Below, piece after piece: positions 9,120 through 17,541 of a stretch of DNA of 34,609 nucleotides; the stretch's first letter is position 1; every line of letters begins with the position of its first letter. The stretch comes from Candidatus Micrarchaeia archaeon (GTDB lineage Archaea > Micrarchaeota > Micrarchaeia > Micrarchaeales > CABMGC01). Location: assembly GCA_049966395.1 (NCBI GenBank), contig JBMFUT010000004.1, forward strand, positions 1-34,609, in the 5' to 3' direction. A program made the position numbers and the translations under genes. Under the pieces are notes generated by a model. It was given only the letters and a program-made list of their open reading frames with translations. It did no database searches and was not told where the DNA came from.

Positions 9120-10201
9120 CAAGTCACTGTGGAAGAATTAGAATGCAGCGCAATTGCGCAAGCCTCTGATGCAGAGCTGTTTTTGATCAGTTTGCAGTAG
9201 CTTTCGTTTAAGTATTGCCTTGCCAAGGCTGCAATGCACGAATTGCTTATTTGCGTATTGTTGCCAAAAGAGTAGCATATAGATACGTTCTTGGTAGCAA
9301 TGGCTTCAGAAAGCATTACTGCTTCCCTGCATGCTGCCTGTTCCATGCCCAATGAATTGCATGCCGCAAGTTCCGATGTGTAGTTCATCTGCTGCGGCTT
9401 GGAGTTGTATGACTTTAGGGATCTGCACATCCCTGCGCCTGATGGGCTAGCATAAGAGCAGTATGAGTAGTTGCCGCTTGCAGTCGAAAGCACGGCATAG
9501 CATATGTCCCTAAGACTGTAAGATTCTCCTGGCATGGCAATAGAATACATAAGCATGTCCTGCAAGTTCGGATACTTGCTCATGTTCACATAATAAAGGT
9601 TAGACATTACACTGTTAACTATGCTTTTGTTCGTTGTGTTTGCTACGCTGCCGCATGAAGCAGGATTTGCTAGTACCACCGCCTCGTCTATGCCAATCGC
9701 AGACGTGCACTCTTCGGAGAGAGTAGAATTGCCAAGGCTTCCGCATATGGTAGAATTGTTGAGTTTTATTGCAAGCTGGAAAGCACAAGACTGCGCATAT
9801 TGAGGGGTCGCGGCATAGCACAGCGACGGGTTGTTCGTTTCATTGGCTACGTATTCTATGCACATGCTGCCCAAAGTCTGGTTTATTGCCATGGCATCGC
9901 GGCAATACAGTTGGTTGCCAGTGCTTTTTGCTACGCTTGTAAGGCACGCCGCGCTGTATAGGCCAGGCATGTAGCTGCATATCGAGGCGTTGTCAGTCGA
10001 AAGCGCCAGCCTCGACAGACACAAGTACCTGTTTGCAGTAACGATTATGCTGTTGCACTGGTGCAGGGGGGACCCCCTTGGCGCGATGGATATCTCAACG
10101 GCAGCTAAAAGTAAGAAGAGCGTCAATGCGAGGTATATAACCATTTTCTGGCTTTGGCTAAATCCGGCCCTTGCGCTTTTGTCAGCACCAGCTCCTTGCA
10201 T
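9119..10201 (-). CDS. Cys-rich repeat surface protein with N-terminal TM anchor
   Basis: Hydrophobic segment near N-terminus, 20 regularly spaced Cys, many N-x-S/T sequons. Confidence 0.8.
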   Translation of the reverse strand: MQGAGADKSARAGFSQSQKMVIYLALTLFLLLAAVEISIAPRGSPLHQCNSIIVTANRYLCLSRLALSTDNASICSYMPGLYSAACLTSVAKSTGNQLYCRDAMAINQTLGSMCIEYVANETNNPSLCYAATPQYAQSCAFQLAIKLNNSTICGSLGNSTLSEECTSAIGIDEAVVLANPASCGSVANTTNKSIVNSVMSNLYYVNMSKYPNLQDMLMYSIAMPGESYSLRDICYAVLSTASGNYSYCSYASPSGAGMCRSLKSYNSKPQQMNYTSELAACNSLGMEQAACREAVMLSEAIATKNVSICYSFGNNTQISNSCIAALARQYLNESYCKLIKNSSASEACAIALHSNSSTVT

Positions 10202-10211
10202 TTTACCATTC

Positions 10212-10937
10212 TCAATACTGAGATTCCTCTGCCGAAAACACCTTGAAGCCGTCAGGGGTTATTTCGTATGGCGCAGTGGCAAAGCTGTGCTTGCTGCCGC
10301 GCATCTTTATTATTTCGAGCGTTGTGTCCCTTTTGTTCTGTTCGCCACTCATGTACATTGAGATTATGCCGTCGTATATGAAGAATTCCTGCTTAAACTG
10401 CATGCCATTGCGCTCAGGATTCTGAATTTCTGAGGTGAGCAGCGAAGTAACGCCGATCCTGCGGAGGTTTGATATCAGTGCAACGGTAGACCTTCTGTAA
10501 ATTAAGGGATCTGTGACAAGTATATCAAAAAGCGACAGAGAGTCTATTACTACCCGCTTTGCCTTCATTGCTGACACTTCTCCCTCTATTTCTGAAACTA
10601 TTTTTCCGAATTCATAAGTCTGCGAGTCGTCGCCTCCTTCGCTCAGCTTGGCTGCTATGTCGCCGTTTATGGTAATCATTGATTTTTTAATTAGGTCGTC
10701 GATGTCTGTGAAATTTGTAAATGCATTCTTGACGTTCCTGAGTATGTCTTTAGGGCTTTCTTCAAGGGCGAAAAAGATTCCAGGATTCCCTTCTTTTGCA
10801 TTTTTGTACAGGAATTCGAAAGAGAACAGAGTTTTCCCTGTGCCTGGACCCCCTGCTATTATGACCTGGTTGCCCTCAGGTATGCCTCCATATAGCATTG
10901 CGTCGATACCTGGGATGCCTGTTTTGACCCTGTTCAT
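10212..10937 (-). CDS. KaiC/RAD55-like single-domain RecA-superfamily ATPase
   Basis: RVKTGIPGIDAMLYGGIP, Walker A GGPGTGKT, LEES, VVIDS, IIKMRG. Confidence 0.93.
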   Translation of the reverse strand: MNRVKTGIPGIDAMLYGGIPEGNQVIIAGGPGTGKTLFSFEFLYKNAKEGNPGIFFALEESPKDILRNVKNAFTNFTDIDDLIKKSMITINGDIAAKLSEGGDDSQTYEFGKIVSEIEGEVSAMKAKRVVIDSLSLFDILVTDPLIYRRSTVALISNLRRIGVTSLLTSEIQNPERNGMQFKQEFFIYDGIISMYMSGEQNKRDTTLEIIKMRGSKHSFATAPYEITPDGFKVFSAEESQY

Positions 10938-11121
10938 TGCCGCACCTTTATAATAGGATGTTAAATTTTTAAATACCTATCATCTGAAAGCAGTTAAAAA
11001 CAGTTCGAAGGGATGCTTGATGCTATATGGCAAAATTCCCAATGCTGAGATTAATCGGCCAATCCTTTGCACATCGAGGACACTTTTATATATGTGTTGT
11101 ATCATATTTCCTATTACAGCG

Positions 11122-11176
11122 ATTCGCTTTAGTCAAGCCCACAAATGGAGTGGGTTTTCCTGCTCGCATTGTTAAA
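11122..11176 (-). mobile_element. Degenerate solo IS200/IS605-like left-end remnant
   Basis: Shares TTCGCTTT...CCCAC..GTGGG.TTT..GCTC.CATTGTTAAA architecture with 1-55; no transposase ORF nearby. Confidence 0.5.
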
Positions 11177-11209
11177 TTGTTTGGGCATTTTTTATAGAGG
11201 CAGATTTGC

Positions 11210-11884
11210 ATGAACAGAAAACTTATGTATATAGGGCTCGCATTGCTGGCAATATCGATATTTGCTTTTTTGGGCATTTCTTACATAGCGGTGCCTTCTG
11301 AAGGTTTGGCAAGGGCTGTGCTGTTGCCGAAAGGCAGCGCCTTCTTCAACATGAGCATAAACGGCACTGGATTTTTGCACGTGTTTGGATTCAAGTCAAC
11401 CGAGCCGGTATCTTTTTACTACACTAACAGCTCTGCTTTCAGCGCCATAAGGGCATACAATTTTTCGAATGTTAGCGTTGCCGCAGCCGCGAAGAAGCTT
11501 GAGGGAAGGGGCGTGTTTGAAGTGCTTTCCAATGCAACAGCTGGAATTTTCCCTTATACATCATACACTGGCTACCTGAACATCACAAAACCAAGCTACA
11601 TAGCAAATAATCTAACTTTGCCTGCAGGCAAGTACTACGCGATATTCTTCAACAACGGCACTTCGAGCGCAAACGTTACCGTTGTAGAAACAGCACTAAG
11701 CGAAAACTCTGCAATATACTCTTCTGTGCTTGCGCTTTTCGCCATAGTCCTTTTCATCGCTGCAATAATAACAATTGTCATAGCGCTGGTAAAGAAGTCC
11801 GATTCTGGAAAGCATATGAGCGACGCTGAGCAGGACAAGCTGGCGGAAGAAGCTTACAAGCGCATAGGAGGCAAGGGCGAATAG
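11210..11884 (+). CDS. Hypothetical membrane protein (N- and C-terminal TM helices, extracellular beta-rich domain)
   Basis: Two hydrophobic segments, GKYYAIFFN motif, multiple N-glycosylation sequons. Confidence 0.78.
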   Translation: MNRKLMYIGLALLAISIFAFLGISYIAVPSEGLARAVLLPKGSAFFNMSINGTGFLHVFGFKSTEPVSFYYTNSSAFSAIRAYNFSNVSVAAAAKKLEGRGVFEVLSNATAGIFPYTSYTGYLNITKPSYIANNLTLPAGKYYAIFFNNGTSSANVTVVETALSENSAIYSSVLALFAIVLFIAAIITIVIALVKKSDSGKHMSDAEQDKLAEEAYKRIGGKGE

Positions 11885-11947
11885 CGTCCACCTATTGTCT
11901 AAGTGGCTTTCGTCAATATATTTAAACCTTCCCGCCTAAATTGTATT

Positions 11948-12637
11948 ATGGACAGCCTACAAGAAAGAATCGCTGGCGAGATAGCACTATCTGAAAGTCC
12001 AGGAAGCATAATGAAAAAATGGAGAGAGCTCTTCGGCATAAGCCAGGTAGAGCTTGCCAAGTACCTCAAAATATCCACTTCGACAATAAGCGATTACGAA
12101 GGCAACAGAAGAATGAGTCCCGGAGTTGGGATAGTGAAGCGTTTTGTAGAGGCTTTGGTGGCGCTTGACCAGCAGCATGGCGGCGAGGTTGTAAGGAACC
12201 TTGACAGGTTCAACCAGCAGAGTGAAGAAACGCAGCCATACATGCTGCACGACTTTTCAGTGCCCATAAGCGGCATAGACTTTGCAAGGCTTATAGAGGC
12301 AAAGATAGTGGCCAATCCAAACTCGCTTGATACCACAAAAGTCTTTGGCTACACTATGCTTGACAGCTTGAAAGTAATAATAGAGGTGCAGCCTAGCGAC
12401 TATCCTAAGCTCTTTGGAAATACCACTGAGAGGGTGTTCATATTTGACGAAGTAAGCACTGGCAGGTCGCCGATGGTGGTGATAAGGGTTGCACCAATAA
12501 AGCCCAAGATAGTGGTAATACATGGAGTTGAAAACATAGACAAGCTTGCAATAAAAATAGCGCAGATAGAAAAGATACCTCTCCTCACCACAAAGCTGAG
12601 CATAGAGGAAATAAAAACAAGGCTCAACAACATATGA
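11948..12637 (+). CDS. XRE-type HTH transcriptional regulator (COG1709-like, C-terminal DRTGG-like domain)
   Basis: IAGEIALSESPG..MKKWRELFGISQVELA...ISDYEGNRRMSPG, STGRSPMV; ATG at 11948. Confidence 0.88.
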   Translation: MDSLQERIAGEIALSESPGSIMKKWRELFGISQVELAKYLKISTSTISDYEGNRRMSPGVGIVKRFVEALVALDQQHGGEVVRNLDRFNQQSEETQPYMLHDFSVPISGIDFARLIEAKIVANPNSLDTTKVFGYTMLDSLKVIIEVQPSDYPKLFGNTTERVFIFDEVSTGRSPMVVIRVAPIKPKIVVIHGVENIDKLAIKIAQIEKIPLLTTKLSIEEIKTRLNNI

Positions 12638-12665
12638 CGCTCAAAAGCGCATTGGCAAGAGTTGA

Positions 12666-12736
12666 TGGAGGCATGGAGAATCGGACTCCAGCCTGCAGAA
12701 TGTCAATCTGCCGTCCTACCATTAGACTATGCCTCC
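12666..12736 (-). tRNA. tRNA-Val(GAC), no encoded CCA
   Basis: Cloverleaf GGAGGCA/TGCCTCC-A, D arm GTCT..GGAC, anticodon GCAGA-TTGACAT-TCTGC, T arm TGGAG-TCCGATT-CTCCA. Confidence 0.88.
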
Positions 12737-12796
12737 GTGCAGCACACTAAGACTGCAATATATTCTTTGGGGAAAATTCAATAAAAGTTTCGCAGC

Positions 12797-13690
12797 TCAC
12801 AATTTTATATGCGCGCCATCCCTTGCAACCTTTGTATTTGGGAATATTGCTTCTGCTTCCTTTTGCAGTTGATTTGGCCTTCTGTATCTTGCGCTCACGT
12901 GCACAAGTAACAGCGCCTTGACAGCAGCCATCTTTGCAACCTGCGCAGCCTCTGCGGCAGTAGAATGCTTTCTCTCTATCGCCTTTTTCGAGTCAGTCTC
13001 GGAGTAAGTAGCCTCGTGTATGAGAAGGTCTGCGTTCCTTGCAGCCTTGACTGTCGACGAAGAAGGTCTTGTGTCTGAGGCGTAAACTATTTTCTTGCCA
13101 GGAATTGCTGTGGTGACGCTTTCTAGATATACCTTTTTACCGTTTACAATTATACTACCCTTCCTTTGCAGCTCGCCGAACATCTCGCCCCTTATACCAA
13201 GAGCGGCGCATTTTTCCTTAATGAAACGCCTTCTTTCGTTCTCCGCGAAAACATAGCCGAAAGTAGGTATAGCGTGATTGAGCCTAAATGCGCTTATTGT
13301 TATCTTATCGTCCTTGTAGACAACACCAGACTTCACGCCGATGATTTCAATCTTGTAGTATATTGAAATGTTGTCGAACGTTATGAATTTGCGCATCATC
13401 TCCTCGTAGCCCTTTGGCACGTAAATCTGCAGCGGAGCCTCCCTGTTGTTCAGGGCAAGAGTTCTTACCAGGCCCACTACCCCAATTATGTGGTCGCCGT
13501 GCATGTGGGTTATGAATATGCCTTTCAATCTTGAAGCGTTTATCCTGTATTTTATCATTTGCATCTGCGTACCTTCGCCGCAGTCGAAAAGGTATACCGC
13601 ACCATCATAGGTTATGGCCACGCCCGGCATTCTCCTGCTTTTTGTAGGCGTTGAGCCTGATGTGCCCAGCACTGTTATGTCAATAATCAT
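12797..13690 (-). CDS. rnz: Ribonuclease Z
   Basis: LGTSGSTP, FDCGEGTQ, THMHGDH, YASDTRP, LIHEATY, KHST, VHVSARY. Confidence 0.96.
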   Translation of the reverse strand: MIIDITVLGTSGSTPTKSRRMPGVAITYDGAVYLFDCGEGTQMQMIKYRINASRLKGIFITHMHGDHIIGVVGLVRTLALNNREAPLQIYVPKGYEEMMRKFITFDNISIYYKIEIIGVKSGVVYKDDKITISAFRLNHAIPTFGYVFAENERRRFIKEKCAALGIRGEMFGELQRKGSIIVNGKKVYLESVTTAIPGKKIVYASDTRPSSSTVKAARNADLLIHEATYSETDSKKAIERKHSTAAEAAQVAKMAAVKALLLVHVSARYRRPNQLQKEAEAIFPNTKVARDGAHIKL

Positions 13691-14794
13691 TCAGCCAACC
13701 TCTATCACCAGCTCCTTTTTAGCTTTGTCTAAGGATTTTATCTTCAAGCCAGGGAATTTCTCCTGCAACTCTTTCAGCTCGGCGTGCTTGTGCTCCCTGA
13801 CGTAGATTATGACTTCGTTTATTGCGTTCATGTTTGACAATATTGCATTGCCTATATTATAATATTCTTCCGCTTCCTTTTCGAGAGCCGCAAGGGATTC
13901 TTCTTGCTTTCTTATGCTTTGCACTGTTGCTTCCTTTTCCGCATTCGCTGCTGAATTGACCGTGCTCCTCTCGCTAAGATAGAAATTGTCCAAAAGCTCG
14001 CTCACGCTTTTGTACGCCACTGTTTCGTAGTTTTCGTACTTTTTGAGCCTGGTTATCGAATAATCTACGAATACGCCTCCGCGCAAATATGCCACCGGCT
14101 CCGGCGAAAGCGAGGCGCTTATTATCTCTATGATGGATGACGCTACACGGCCGCTTTCCGAAATCGGGATAGCACCTTTAGGTGCAAAGCCCGCCCTGTA
14201 AATCGCCTCTTCAAGATATGCCGGGCCTATGCCGAAGTATTTTGAGAGAGCTTGCACGGCGTTGCCAGAAGCTGAAAGCGCCTCTTTGACCTTCTCTTCT
14301 GCGGAAGCGTAGTCAATAGACCACAGGTCAAAAGGCATGCCCTCTGGAAAAGAGTACTTGACGCCTGTGCGTATGCTCCTGTCTCTCATGTTGGCAACTT
14401 TGTAGCAGATCCTTATTGTGCCTGAGCTGTCTAATAGTATCATGTTGCCCTTGCCGAACATTTCTATTATTAGTGAATACCGCTCTGCGCCAGCAAATTC
14501 TATAGTCATTATCCTGTCTGAGCCGTGCTGGCTTATGCTTGAAATTGTTGCCCCGGAAAGGCGCTTTCTCATGGCCATGGCGAAGCTGGTTGGCGCGCCT
14601 GCTTCCTCAGAAAATGAGGTTATATTTATAGTGCGCAGCAGCGCAACGTAAAGAAAACGCGCGGAACCCTTTGATCGCAGCGAGATCTTGAATGCATCGC
14701 CGCCGAGATCGTAGAATTTATCCACTCTGGCGCCGACGAGCTGCTGCAGCTCAATTGCCAGAGCATGAAGCTCTATGGATGCTATCTGGCGCAT
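13691..14794 (-). CDS. RqcH/NFACT (FbpA-like) protein, N-terminal half only
   Basis: PTSFAMAMRKRL, HGSDRI, IIEMFGKGNMIL, HhH-like GIGPAYLEE, first coiled coil; ends without NFACT-R. Confidence 0.85.
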   Translation of the reverse strand: MRQIASIELHALAIELQQLVGARVDKFYDLGGDAFKISLRSKGSARFLYVALLRTINITSFSEEAGAPTSFAMAMRKRLSGATISSISQHGSDRIMTIEFAGAERYSLIIEMFGKGNMILLDSSGTIRICYKVANMRDRSIRTGVKYSFPEGMPFDLWSIDYASAEEKVKEALSASGNAVQALSKYFGIGPAYLEEAIYRAGFAPKGAIPISESGRVASSIIEIISASLSPEPVAYLRGGVFVDYSITRLKKYENYETVAYKSVSELLDNFYLSERSTVNSAANAEKEATVQSIRKQEESLAALEKEAEEYYNIGNAILSNMNAINEVIIYVREHKHAELKELQEKFPGLKIKSLDKAKKELVIEVG

Positions 14795-14798
14795 CGAC

Positions 14799-15599
14799 TC
14801 AGCTTTTCTTGAGTTTCCTCATTCCTTCCTCTTTGGTGACCCTTGCAAAAAGCTCAGCCATTTTTCTCGCGTTGCGGGATTGCTCTATCGCAGTGCCTAT
14901 TTGCACCATGTCAGCGCCAGCCCGGTAGGTTTCCCTAAGAGACTTTTCAGTGCGTATGCCTCCTGCCACTATGTAAGGCACGCTTATAGAAGCCCTTACT
15001 GCGCGTATCATTTGGGGTGGCACTGGACCTGAATGCTGCAGTTTTGGATTTGACCCAACATCTGTCGCTATGAACCTGTTGCCAAGGAACTCGCCAGCCA
15101 TTGCGAGCCCTGCCGCTATCTTTGGTTTTTCCCTAGGTACCAGATTTGCATCGCCGACCCAGCCCACTGTGCCTCCTGGCGACACTACTATGTATCCTAC
15201 AGGTATGGGTTCTATGTTGAGCATCTTAACTATTGGCGCGGCGAGCACCTGAACCTGCGTTATCCAGTAAGGATTTCTTGCGTTGAGTAAAGACATGAAG
15301 TATACTGCATCTGCGTATTTCGTGAGCGTCGCTATGTTTCCAGGAAATAGTATTACCGGAGTCCCACCGGCCTTGTCTTTTATGCCCTTGCATACATAGT
15401 CTAGTAGCTCGCCCTGCGCGCCTATGCTACCTCCTACAAGTATGAGGTCTGCGCCGGCGTCTATGCTCTCCACTGCGGTTTTTATAGCGGCGTCTGGCGT
15501 CTTGTAATCTACCGGATCTACAAGCATGAACATCATTGCTCCCTTTTCTGCCAGTCTTTCGTAGATGTACCTTTCTGTCTTGCCTATTTTCACGCTCAT
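14799..15599 (-). CDS. Geranylgeranylglyceryl phosphate synthase (group II)
   Basis: LVDP, ILVGGS, ILFPGN, SLLNARNPYWI, GYIVVSPGGTVGWVG, IVAGGIR, VQIGT. Confidence 0.93.
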   Translation of the reverse strand: MSVKIGKTERYIYERLAEKGAMMFMLVDPVDYKTPDAAIKTAVESIDAGADLILVGGSIGAQGELLDYVCKGIKDKAGGTPVILFPGNIATLTKYADAVYFMSLLNARNPYWITQVQVLAAPIVKMLNIEPIPVGYIVVSPGGTVGWVGDANLVPREKPKIAAGLAMAGEFLGNRFIATDVGSNPKLQHSGPVPPQMIRAVRASISVPYIVAGGIRTEKSLRETYRAGADMVQIGTAIEQSRNARKMAELFARVTKEEGMRKLKKS

Positions 15600-15616
15600 C
15601 TTATCACGCTTTATAA

Positions 15617-16603
15617 TTATAGCATTCTTCTTTTAAGCAGGTCGTCTATCATCTCCTTGCTTCCTACGTTGATGTTTATCATTGGCTTGAAACCGAGATT
15701 GCTCTTTATTTTTGTTATGTCTATTACCCTGTTGCTAAGCAGGAAGCGCAGCTCGTCGCTGTTGAGGCCCTTGTACTTGCCGAGTATCTTTGCAAGAAAG
15801 CTTAAGCTTATTCTCTTTTTGACCTTTTCTACCCCCATAAGCGACGCTGCAATGTCAAAGAGACCTTTTTGGGTATACGGCACTCCGTCTGACAGGTTGT
15901 ATATTTCTCCTGCGCCAGGGGCGTTTTTGGCAAGCATGAATGCCTGCAGCACGTCGTATAGGTGTATTAGGGCAAGATGATTTTCGCCGTTGCCTATTAT
16001 ATAGGCTTTGCCTTCCTTTATGGCGCGGAAAACCTTAGTAAAAGATTCCTCGAAACCTGGCCCGTATATTGTTGCGATTCTGAAAGTAGTTGTTGGAAGG
16101 CTCCTGCTAAATTCCTTTAATACGTTTTCTGCGAGAAGTTTACTGTAGCCATATGGATCTGTAGGCATCGGCCTCGAATTCTCAGTGAGAATCTCCTTTC
16201 TTTTTATGCCGTATACGTCCACGCTGCTCGGGAATATGAAATGCCGCACGCTACTGGCTTCGGCTACTTCCGCCAAGTTCCTTACGCCGTTTACGTTCAC
16301 GTTTATTATTTCAGTGCTCTTCTGCTTGTACGCGCTTACTATTGCCGCCAGATGGAAAACGCTGTCGCAGCCGTCAAGCGCGTCCTTGAGCGCCTGCTTG
16401 TTGGTTATATCGCCTACGTAAGGTATTACTCCTCCTGGAAGGCTAAGTATGTCACCCTTTTCCTTGACGAGCGCCCTTACCACTCCGCCTTCCTTAAGAA
16501 GAACTTTTAGCAGCGCGTTCCCCAGTTTCCCCCCTGCGCCAGTTACCAAAGTAATGTTGCCCTTGTCGGCTATTTTGCTGTCATCGTTTTTTTGCAATTG
16601 CAT
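15617..16603 (-). CDS. NAD-dependent epimerase/dehydratase (extended SDR)
   Basis: LVTGAGGKLG, VFHLAA, SSVDVYG, YGYSK; ATG at 16603 after GGTG SD. Confidence 0.92.
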   Translation of the reverse strand: MQLQKNDDSKIADKGNITLVTGAGGKLGNALLKVLLKEGGVVRALVKEKGDILSLPGGVIPYVGDITNKQALKDALDGCDSVFHLAAIVSAYKQKSTEIINVNVNGVRNLAEVAEASSVRHFIFPSSVDVYGIKRKEILTENSRPMPTDPYGYSKLLAENVLKEFSRSLPTTTFRIATIYGPGFEESFTKVFRAIKEGKAYIIGNGENHLALIHLYDVLQAFMLAKNAPGAGEIYNLSDGVPYTQKGLFDIAASLMGVEKVKKRISLSFLAKILGKYKGLNSDELRFLLSNRVIDITKIKSNLGFKPMININVGSKEMIDDLLKRRML

Positions 16604-17444
16604 CACCGCTTGTTGATGATTTCTTGACACCCTCCTTCAAAAGGCTCGACGCCAGACGCCGCATATAGCCTTCAGGCACGGTGTCAGTGGCGTATTCTGC
16701 CCAGTCCCTGCCAAAAGGCATGTATATGCTCACCTTCCTGTTCTTTGTTATCTTGCCCATCTTTTTCTCGCTGTAGCCTAATTGAAATTCAAACGCCACA
16801 TTATGCCTGTTTGGGCTTTTGGAGAAATACTTTAGCATTTCATCGTCAGGAGAAAGAAGGACAAGGGTGTTTATTTTGCTTGAGAGCTCTTCAAGCATGC
16901 GCGGAAGGCGCTTTTTGTAGTCTTTGGACTTGCCTCCGTCATCCCACTTGCACAGCACCTTCACCATCGGCGCTGAGACCTTCTTTTTGACGTAGCTCAA
17001 CGCGTCGTCGATGCTGCTGAAAAATATTCCTAGGCCTCTATTGCCTGACATCTCGTTGAGCAGCGCAACGTCTGTGGGAGTGCGGGCTTCTGCCCATATG
17101 AGTATGCCGTACTTCCTGCTTATTTCTAACAGTCTGAGCAGGTTGAGCTTTGCTATGTCCTTGCTTATGCCACTGCCAAGCTGCGCCATGCGAAGGTGCA
17201 CGCTAGACTTTATTCCTTGCCTTGCCATCTCCCTTATCAGCTGCGCGTATGCATTAGATATGTAATTCGCTTTCGCCCTAGCGCTCGGGGTGTCGCTCAA
17301 GAAGGCTATTGACACTGGCAGGCCCTTTGCATTTATCGCCTTGGCCTTTTTTATTGCAGAGTTCATTGTAGGCCCGGCAATGTGCTTCCTTATGAGCCTG
17401 AATATCACTTTTTCAGCGAAAGATTCCGATTGCAATTTTATCAT
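16581..17444 (-). CDS. Proline dehydrogenase-fold protein, catalytically degenerate
   Basis: HIAGPTMNSAI, AQLG, FEFQLG, IYMPFGRDWAEY align with ProDH landmarks but key residues are substituted. Confidence 0.75.
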   Translation of the reverse strand: MIKLQSESFAEKVIFRLIRKHIAGPTMNSAIKKAKAINAKGLPVSIAFLSDTPSARAKANYISNAYAQLIREMARQGIKSSVHLRMAQLGSGISKDIAKLNLLRLLEISRKYGILIWAEARTPTDVALLNEMSGNRGLGIFFSSIDDALSYVKKKVSAPMVKVLCKWDDGGKSKDYKKRLPRMLEELSSKINTLVLLSPDDEMLKYFSKSPNRHNVAFEFQLGYSEKKMGKITKNRKVSIYMPFGRDWAEYATDTVPEGYMRRLASSLLKEGVKKSSTSGDAIAKKR

Positions 17445-17541
17445 CTATGCGAGCATTCTGACGATATTATTAGACAAGGATATATTTAAACTCTTTCGCA
17501 AATTTCTTAAACTGACTTATTGCAAAGGCAAAAATATATAT

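Noticed and set aside
17290..17541. N-terminal extension of truD in the ORF track (similar extensions for PIN, FKBP, HTH, GT2, DUF424, NAC, radical SAM)
   Set aside because: Overlaps neighbouring genes or promoters; homology begins at downstream starts
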